Notes under the pieces: model-generated
What the model saw: only the letters and a program-made list of their open reading frames with translations
What the model was told of the DNA's origin: nothing
Database searches by the model: none
Source: an uncultured Rivularia sp.
GTDB taxonomy: Bacteria > Cyanobacteriota > Cyanobacteriia > Cyanobacteriales > Nostocaceae
Length of the DNA stretch: 64,000 bases
Assembly: GCA_963665115.1 (NCBI GenBank)
Contig: OY762007.1
Location: 4,160,001 to 4,224,000, forward strand
Direction of reading: 5' to 3'
Position numbers and translations under genes: made by a program
Shown: one piece after another, positions 55,345-64,000 of the stretch
Layout: every line of letters starts with the position of its first letter
Position numbering within the stretch: position 1 is the first letter of the stretch

Positions 55345-55989
55345 TTTTATTTACTCCCTGTAAATCAATAGATGAAATTTTCGTTTGAGATAGAACAAGT
55401 AGATACAGCGAAGCTAAAGCCGATAGCTCATAAGCATTAACACCTAAGCCAACGCTATTAACAATAAGCATTGACGAAATTTATATTTATCTTCTTGGAA
55501 AGAATTATTCTTGTTTCAAGAAGCGCAAATTCTGTTAATTTTCTACTCAGCCAGAGAATAAACTATGTGACTTGAATAGATTCAAAGAGAACAAACTAAA
55601 TGTGATGATTTCTTCATTTGTTGTAACTGACTTCAGCGTAAATAGTCAATGGTTTAATAAAACTTTAGACATTTACTTATAGTAGTTCTACCAACAGCAT
55701 TATAGATGAGAATCACCGTTTTGAGACGATAGTGGACTCACAAAAAAATATACTGTAAATGCTTTGGGAGCAAGGCTTTCGCTATGCTAAGTCTATAAAT
55801 ATACTAGTTTAACTAATATATATTATCGATTGATTAACACAAATGAATCAATACATACAGCTGTAGAAATTAACTAATTATATTTTATGAATTTTTATTA
55901 ATTAGTTGAAGATACTGATTTTATTAGAAAAACCCGATTTTGTATGCCAAAACCGGGTTGATAATTCTTTTAATAGAGAATTACTGTAT

Positions 55990-56418
55990 TTATACCGACA
56001 ATTTAACGTTATGTTCTTGAGCAATTTGAGAAAGCTTTTCAAACTGCTGCTCGGAAGCCTTAGCGATCAACTCTTCCGCTTGTGTTTCGTCGGTTCCTTC
56101 AGAAGGAAACAAATGCTTTACGTAAAGCGAAACAAAATCAACCATTGCTGGTAGATCGGGTAAAGAATGGTTATCAGCTTGCTTTCCAGCAAATGTCGCT
56201 ACCAATCCAGTTCTGATATCCTTTCTTGTCGTATCCATAAATTGACCAACAAGTTCCGGAATATAGTCTGCTGTTGGTAATTCTCCTAACTTTGTTTCAT
56301 TAGGAGTAAATTCGTATCCTGCTTCCCTAGCTTGTTGAGTAACGCACCACTGAGTAAACTCTTGGAGTGCTTCTTCAGGAAGATTGGCCAGATGTTCGTG
56401 TAATGCTTTGTTCGACAT
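55990..56418 (-). CDS. Hypothetical protein downstream of hupL
   Basis: 142-aa ORF with clean start, co-oriented with hupL. Confidence 0.7.
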   Translation of the reverse strand: MSNKALHEHLANLPEEALQEFTQWCVTQQAREAGYEFTPNETKLGELPTADYIPELVGQFMDTTRKDIRTGLVATFAGKQADNHSLPDLPAMVDFVSLYVKHLFPSEGTDETQAEELIAKASEQQFEKLSQIAQEHNVKLSV

Positions 56419-56439
56419 AGTTAGTTTTTGTATGAATTG

Positions 56440-56612
56440 AATTTGGGGATTGGGGATTGGGGATTGGGGATTGGGGATTGGGGATTGGGAATTTGGGGAT
56501 TGGGGATTGGGGATTGAAGATTGGGGATTGGGGATTGGGAATTGGGGATTGGTAATCGGGGATTGGGGATTGGGGATTGGTAATTGAAGATTAAGGATTG
56601 AGAATTAAGGAT
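56440..56612 (+). repeat. Long STRR1-type heptamer array (GGGGATT)n
   Basis: More than 20 units between hupL and the next gene. Confidence 0.92.
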
Positions 56613-56674
56613 AGGGAGCAAGATGCTCCCACTACTCTCTATATCTCCCATGCCCAATGCCCTATGCCCAATCT

Positions 56675-57775
<1,101 letters not shown>

Positions 57776-58030
57776 GGAACGGGCGATTTGCTCAGAATGT
57801 TCGTAAATAACTTATTGATAAGGCTTTGATGATATTCGCTAACAGTTTTTTTCGAGCGTTTGAGCTTATAAATAAGGGAATATTTAGGGAAAAACATTAT
57901 GCCCTTCCGCCAGGAGAGGAGTGCCCGAAGGCGGGGTGAGGTTTCTATTTCATCTACCTATACAAAGAATCGTTTACCAATACATTTGCGAATTTGTACC
58001 ACTAAACACCACAGACGGTAGCTATAGGGA

Positions 58031-59347
58031 ATGGCGAAAACCAAAGCGACGGAATTAGATTATCAAGAAATTTTTAAGCAAAAGTTAGCTGAAGCAAATT
58101 CTAATTTAAAAAGAGATAGAGTTAGAGTTACCATCAAACAAACGGGGAATTCTCTACAGTTACGGGCAACACTACCGTTGAAAGAAGGCGATCGCCAATC
58201 TACTAAAAGTAAAAAGCAGTACGATTTATCTTTGGGTATTCCAGCAAATTTAGAAGGATTAAAAACCGCCATTGAAGAAAGTTACGAGTTGGGTAAATTA
58301 ATCGCTCGTCATACTTTTGTATGGAATGAAAAGTATTTAGGAATCAAGTTTAGAGAAAAGAATCAAGAGAAGCAGAAGATAAAAACTATTGGAGAATTAT
58401 TAGATAAATTCGAGGATAATTATTATAAAAATCGTGAAAAGACTATAACTAGTCAAAATACCTTTGCTAATTATGTATCGGTGATTAAAAGGAATTTTTC
58501 ATTAACAACTTTAGCAACAAAGAATAATTTTGAATCGGTAATTAATCAAACAAAAGGAAATAAGAAAAACGAACTGATTGCGGTATCTTCCGTTTTTCTC
58601 AAAACATTTAAGCTGGAATTCACCCTCGATGTCAAGCGCGATCGCGTTACTCCTAAATTTCGAGAAATTCCCGAAGACGAGAAAATCATTCATTCTTATA
58701 AACTATTTGAGAAATTTGCCCTTAATCGTAAAAATACCAATATCTGCGATGTAACCGAAACCTGGGAAATGTGGCGCTGGGTATATGGAATGCTAGCAAC
58801 CTTTGGATTACGCCCCAGAGAGTTATTTGTAAAACCAGATATTAACTGGTGGATATCCGAGCAAAATACAGATAATACCTGGAAAGTTGATAAAAATACC
58901 AAAACCGGATACCGCGAAGTTATCCCTTTCGTTCCCGAATGGATAGAATTATTCGATTTAAAAAATCTCCAAGCTTTAAAAATATTAGACAAGAAAGTTG
59001 CAAAAATAGCATCTGTGCAAAATATTAATTGGATGCGGAGAGATATATCGAGATGGTTTAGAAAAATAGGAATTGAATTTCAACCCTACGACTTACGTCA
59101 TGCTTGCGCGATTCGTTCTCATTTACAGGGAATACCCATCAAAGCCGCAGCAGATAACTTAGGTCATACAGTTGACGAACATACGAAAACTTATCAGCGC
59201 TGGTTCGGGATGGAGAATCGTAAAAAAGCTTTTGGTGAAGTAGTTAGTCAGAAGTCGCTGATTGAATTGCAGAAAAATGAAATATTGGCGTTGCGGATGG
59301 AGAATGAAAAGTTGAGGTTGGAGGTTGAGAGGTTGAGGTTTGGATGA
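58031..59347 (+). CDS. xisC: hupL element recombinase XisC
   Basis: FGLRPRE, YDLRHACAIR, LGHTVDEHTKTYQRWF; adjacent to the hupL break. Confidence 0.92.
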   Translation: MAKTKATELDYQEIFKQKLAEANSNLKRDRVRVTIKQTGNSLQLRATLPLKEGDRQSTKSKKQYDLSLGIPANLEGLKTAIEESYELGKLIARHTFVWNEKYLGIKFREKNQEKQKIKTIGELLDKFEDNYYKNREKTITSQNTFANYVSVIKRNFSLTTLATKNNFESVINQTKGNKKNELIAVSSVFLKTFKLEFTLDVKRDRVTPKFREIPEDEKIIHSYKLFEKFALNRKNTNICDVTETWEMWRWVYGMLATFGLRPRELFVKPDINWWISEQNTDNTWKVDKNTKTGYREVIPFVPEWIELFDLKNLQALKILDKKVAKIASVQNINWMRRDISRWFRKIGIEFQPYDLRHACAIRSHLQGIPIKAAADNLGHTVDEHTKTYQRWFGMENRKKAFGEVVSQKSLIELQKNEILALRMENEKLRLEVERLRFG

Positions 59348-59512
59348 ATTAGTGGGTAAAGAAATTACCCACCAGATTTTCAGGGTTCTAATAGGTAATA
59401 ATGCGTTGGGTGTAGAGACGTAGCAGTGCTACGTCTCCTGACGTTTGAAAGAAGACAAACCACTTAAAATTAATGCAATCGACTAATAGTCTCAGTTAGT
59501 TTTTGGATTAAG

Positions 59513-60178
59513 CTAAACCGTTTCTGAAACTTGAGCGCTCAAAGTTTCGAGATTGATTCCGTAACGCTCAAACAAGTTACTCACAATAGTCTTATCAGTA
59601 TCAGCCAATCGGACTAAACCCCATAAAATATGTTCCGTCCCTATCGACTTTTTACTCTGAAGCCGAACAACCTGCAAAGCAAGCTCTAGAATAAACTTGC
59701 TCTGTGGATCGAGTTTCAAATTCTCGCCGGATTCAAAAGAATGTTCGTCAGTTGCAATATCTGATGTCGCGCCATTGGCTCGCAGTAATTGAGCCGAAGC
59801 TGTAGTTGGATCGGCTAATAATCCAGCTAGCAAATGTTCTGGCTTAACTTGCGAGTCCTCCAACTGTACTGCTTGATTTTGAGCAAACTTGATTGCATTA
59901 ATTGCCTTTTCTGTGAACCGCTCGAAACCAAAATCCAAACCAAAAAAATTTTTAACTCGTTCAATTAGTGTCTGCATAGAATTCTTTGCCTCATAAATAA
60001 AAACGTCTTCGATCGCGACATTAAACAAGCTGGCAATTTTAAAAGCCATTTCTAAACTGGGGTCAAACTTACCAGATTCAAATCCATTTACTGCTTGACG
60101 ACTTACTCCTAATTCTCTTGCCAGATCGGATTGCGATCGTTGGTGCAGTTGCCGAAGTTCCTTCAGTCGGTTTTTCAT
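59513..60178 (-). CDS. XRE-family HTH regulator fused to Clp N-terminal domain
   Basis: MKNRLKELR...SQSDLARELGVSRQAV...PSL; FERFTEKA...PEHLL...IGTEHILWGL. Confidence 0.88.
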   Translation of the reverse strand: MKNRLKELRQLHQRSQSDLARELGVSRQAVNGFESGKFDPSLEMAFKIASLFNVAIEDVFIYEAKNSMQTLIERVKNFFGLDFGFERFTEKAINAIKFAQNQAVQLEDSQVKPEHLLAGLLADPTTASAQLLRANGATSDIATDEHSFESGENLKLDPQSKFILELALQVVRLQSKKSIGTEHILWGLVRLADTDKTIVSNLFERYGINLETLSAQVSETV

Positions 60179-60194
60179 GGTTTTGCCCGTCCGC

Positions 60195-60248
60195 TGTCAA
60201 GTCATACTTTACAACTTTGTAAAACTAAATGTCAAGTATCACTTGACG
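60195..60248. promoter_or_regulatory. Two palindromic operators upstream of the XRE gene
   Basis: TGTCAAGT-cat-ACTTTACA (60195-60213) and TGTCAAGT-atc-ACTTGACG (60230-60248). Confidence 0.6.
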
Positions 60249-60637
60249 TATGATTTGGATGCCGTTGCTGAAGGTGCTTTTTCAAAGGCAGTAAAATAAA
60301 AACCAGTATAATTTTTGCCCCCTTATAAAATTAAGACTTGACAATGAAAGTTGGTCATGGTTTTATTTACTCATGCAAACGAATATCAACTCTAGATGTT
60401 CGTCTCAAGCGCACTATCTCTACTTTTTAGATTGATGCGTATTTAATATCTTGGTTTAGCGTTTATCCTAAATGAAAGATTTCATTTAAGGTAAATACTA
60501 GTTCAAAATATTGGCTATTCAATAGTTTAAAGCTTAGAAATAGTGCGCTTGAGACGGTTATCTATAGTTGGCAAGTATTTCCCTTGATAGCGGAGATACT
60601 TGCCAACTATGCCTGATATTCCAATGCTATTAACGTA

Positions 60638-61123
60638 TTGGAAAAAAGGTTAAATTTGGAAATGGAATCTGAAGATATTTTATATGTTGAGCAGCGTTTA
60701 GATTATACCTTCAAAAATAAGGATTTACTCGTTCGGGCGCTAACTCGTAAAGCATTTGCACTAGAACAAATGCAACAGGGTAAAAATTGTAAAGATCAAG
60801 AAATTTACCGAATTCTTGGAGATGCTGTTTTAAAGGCAATCTTAGTTGAGATGCTGATTGAGAACGGTTTTGATAGCCGCAAGTCCATTACAAATGAGAA
60901 GATTGCTCTAGAAAAACGAGAAAATTTGGCAAAGATGTTTCAAGAGATTGGAATTGCATCATTTATTCGCTTGGGAAAAGGAGAGAAAAACCAAGAAATT
61001 TTTAAGCAATCTTCGGTTTTAGGAGAAACATTTGAAGCATTAGTTGCAGCAGTTCATGTTGATACCCAAAGCTATGAAACAACCAAAGGATTATTTATTA
61101 ATCTATTTCACAAAGCAGCATAA
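60638..61123 (+). CDS. Stand-alone RNase III domain protein (no dsRBD)
   Basis: LDYTFKNKDLLVRALT, ILGDAVL, GETFEALVAAV; probable start 60662. Confidence 0.8.
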   Translation: MEKRLNLEMESEDILYVEQRLDYTFKNKDLLVRALTRKAFALEQMQQGKNCKDQEIYRILGDAVLKAILVEMLIENGFDSRKSITNEKIALEKRENLAKMFQEIGIASFIRLGKGEKNQEIFKQSSVLGETFEALVAAVHVDTQSYETTKGLFINLFHKAA

Positions 61124-61369
61124 CAAGCTTGGTGCAATGGACTGACTCAGAACGTTAAGTCTTTTTTACAAGTGCGATCGCCTTCAAGGCAACGAAGGCG
61201 ATCGCATACAAGTAATTATCAGTAAAAAAATATTAATTGCGTCCTGAATCATCTGGTAATAATACGTACAATTTGGTAGAGAACATCTAATCAAATTTGT
61301 TCTTCCGTAAATTGTATTAGATCGACGTGTAGAAAATTTCTGTAAGCTGCCTGCGTAAAATAGATAATT

Positions 61370-62939
61370 ATGAAACTGTTAAAATTTTTATTTACTGTCC
61401 TCTGGGGTTTAGGCTACCTGGGGAATGCAATTTTATTTATCTCGATTGAATGGAGTTTTTTACAGCAAAGCTTTATTCAAATATTTAATCCACTTTTACA
61501 TTTACAAGTTTTTGGGATATTACTTACTGCTCACCTTTTTTGGGTATTTCTGACTATGGCAGTAGTGGGTTTCTTATGCTGTAAGTGTTATTGAAAGGCA
61601 TCAAGAGAGAACTGCCCAAAAAGCCGAATTTCATGCTAAAAAAACTGTATATCAATCACCTCAACGATTTCAAGAAACAAAACCCAGCACTTCATTACCT
61701 TCTCTAGGAAACGAGCAGACTGACTCATCTGTACCTCCAGAAACATTCTCGAAACCAGCAAGTAAAGTAGAAACTGAGTTAGTTTCTGAGCAAGTTAAAT
61801 TACTGGAATGGGCAATTCAAAGCAGTCAAAAAGTACAATTTATTTACGAAACACAACATGGTGAGAAGAGCGATCGCACCGTCACCCCGATTTCGTTTAA
61901 AACAGTTAAGCAAACTCAAAATCTATGCTTGGAAGGCTATTGTTATCTGAGAAATGCGAAAAGAAACTTCGCGATTAAGCGTATGCGGGATATCAAGATT
62001 ATTTCTGCAAGTCAAGCAAACTATGAAAAGGTGACTTCCCAAGAGGTAATAACACCACCCGAATTTGAGGTGAAAATAAGTCGTGCATCACAATCTCCGT
62101 CTCCTGAAGTTGCTCAAAAAAATAATTATCAACAGGTAACTTCTGATGAGGTGATAATACCACCTAATGTTGATGTCGAGGTGAAAGCAAGTCCTACATT
62201 ACAATCTCCGTTACCTCAAGTTTCCCAAACAAAGAATTATAATCGGGTGACTTCTGATGAGGTGATAACAACACCTAATGTTGATATCGAAGTGAAAGCA
62301 AGTCCTACATTACAGTATCCGTTACCTCAAGTTTCCCAAACAAAGAATACAAACAATCAAGTTAAGCAACGTTCTTATCTAAAATACCGTACTAATGAGC
62401 TTGAAACAATCGTTGATTCAAAATGGGATAATACAGAAGTTTTGAAGCAGATTCATTACGAGTTAGAGTTTCGTTCTCGAAAGAAAGCCCTCGCACTGCG
62501 TAAACGTATCGCAACCAGATTAATTCAATTGCAGGAAACAGAAACACAATTTAAATGGTCAAAAACAACAGCAAATCCTGGTTCGCAAAACTTATCAAAT
62601 GATGTTTTTAAATATGAGCAAGGGCTACTCAAATATTATGGATACAAAGTTGGTAGGAGTGGTTTATCACACAGAGAACGTTGGGAAATTCTCGATCGAG
62701 TCTTTTCGCAACCTTTATTAGAAATAGATAACGCTGCTTATTTAAATGAATGGGGTGAACCTAAAAGCGCTAAAAGATTGCAAAAAATTGTTGACTCTAT
62801 TGCTGCATTTACCCGCAATGCCAAAAGACGCAACAGACGTAGTTTTAGTAAAGCAATTCAAGATTGGGAAACTGATTTAGCGTATTTGAAGAGGAATTAT
62901 TACGATAATCGCTTTTCATTCGGATATCCGCGTACTTAG
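61370..62939 (+). CDS. Membrane-anchored WYL-domain protein with internal repeats (frameshift near 61570)
   Basis: TM ORF 61370-61594, then another frame reads KVQFIYETQHGEKSDRTVTPISF...LEGYCYLRNAKRNFAIKRM; 38-aa repeats. Confidence 0.68.
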
Positions 62940-63183
62940 TAAACAGCGTTCAATAATCAATTTGCACTACAATATCCAATTTCATTTGTAATTATAAAAA
63001 CTAAAATAATCAATTTTCCGTATTTATATAGAGAAAAGCTTAGCTTTTTCTTTTTTGCTAAAGAAAATTAATATACATCGCTTAAAAATTACCAACCCCA
63101 GACAAATTGGGTTATGATTTTGATTTATAAAAAAGCTTTTAATTAAAGCAATCTGCTGTATATGTTGATTATCAAGGTTTATC

Positions 63184-64000
63184 ATGAAATCTTCAGAGCT
63201 ATTAAAACGTTACGAGCAAGGTGAAAGGAACTTCTCAAAGCTTAATCTGGGCAGATTTATGCTTTATGAAGCCGATTTGAAAGGAATTAATTTTTCAGGT
63301 GCGAATCTTAGTTATGCAAACCTGGCTGGCTCAGACTTAAGCAATGCTGATTTATCAGGAGCTAATTTATGCGAGGCTAATTTGTGTGGTACCAACTTAG
63401 AAAATGCAAATTGCCAAGGTGCTAACTTCAGAAATGCGGAATTAACCTCTGAATATCATGGCATTAATACAAACTATTCCTACGCCGATTTTAGGGGAGA
63501 TGGATTAGATCAAGGCATAATCGAAAAATCAAATTTTACAGGTGCTAGTTTTATTGGTTCTTTTATATCACAGTATTCCTTTATAGATTGTGATTTCACT
63601 GCTGCTAATTTTAGTAATTCTCATTTAAGCGAAGTCAGTTTTGATAATTGTAATTTAACTAATGTAGATTTTTCGAGTGCTTCTTTAGGTTTCGGTTTTA
63701 GAAACTCGATACTAAATAACGTTTCTTTTAAAAAAGCTACTTTTGATATTTGCAACCCAAGATATTGTGATGAAATTGAAAAATGGAGCAATGTTGATTT
63801 TACCAGAACGGTTTTTTATTTTGGTCGTTATTCTAGTATTACAATTCCCAGAAGCGTTGACGCATCTCAAGTAATTGTAATCCGTGAGGGTTCAGATTTG
63901 AGTGGTTTAGATTTAAGCGAATGCAATCTGGAATATTTAGATTTGTCAGGAGTTAACTTAACGAATACAAATTTAACTAGAGCCAAATTACCGGAAGACT
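63184..64000 (+). CDS. Pentapeptide repeat protein (runs off window end)
   Basis: MKSSELLKRYEQGERNFSKLNL...ANLSYANLAGSDLSNADLSGANL. Confidence 0.88.
   Translation, partial: MKSSELLKRYEQGERNFSKLNLGRFMLYEADLKGINFSGANLSYANLAGSDLSNADLSGANLCEANLCGTNLENANCQGANFRNAELTSEYHGINTNYSYADFRGDGLDQGIIEKSNFTGASFIGSFISQYSFIDCDFTAANFSNSHLSEVSFDNCNLTNVDFSSASLGFGFRNSILNNVSFKKATFDICNPRYCDEIEKWSNVDFTRTVFYFGRYSSITIPRSVDASQVIVIREGSDLSGLDLSECNLEYLDLSGVNLTNTNLTRAKLPED

Noticed and set aside
56421..56657. 78-aa ORF rich in PIPNPQS
   Set aside because: Translation of the STRR heptamer array

Overview
AT-rich DNA from a heterocyst-forming cyanobacterium (Nostocales; many HIP1 GCGATCGC sites, STRR heptamer arrays). It spans the 3' end of nifH, nifD-nifK-nifE-nifN-nifX-orf-orf-nifW-hesA-hesB-fdxH, and the hupW/hupL region. 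The nitrogenase genes are heavily fragmented by DNA excision elements. I reconstructed five complete elements by hand from their terminal direct repeats, each carrying a XisA/XisC-type tyrosine recombinase: two in nifD (1,688 bp and 29,852 bp), two in nifK (1,837 and 1,850 bp, separated by a 34-bp nifK micro-fragment) and one in nifN (1,886 bp). The window also holds one end each of a nifH element and the xisC hupL element. In-silico excision restores NifD (502 aa), NifN (436 aa) and NifK (511 aa, after removing one extra C). The recombinase-proximal ends share one layout: core repeat, about 35 bp, phased TGT-N9-ACA boxes, element-specific 11-bp-period tandem repeats (unclear for xisA), then the ATG. 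The 30-kb nifD element carries unusual cargo: a four-gene operon with an animal-GULO-like lactone oxidase and a fungal-GaaA-like uronate reductase (candidate bacterial ascorbate-type pathway), an oxalyl-CoA-ligase-PCP / oxaloacetate-hydrolase-like / NRPS cluster (candidate N-oxalyl-amino-acid pathway), an EF-G paralog, MnSOD and a class D beta-lactamase. Several single-base homopolymer frameshifts, including in nifK and xisA, look like assembly errors. Family assignments come from motif recognition and memory; no database search was run.
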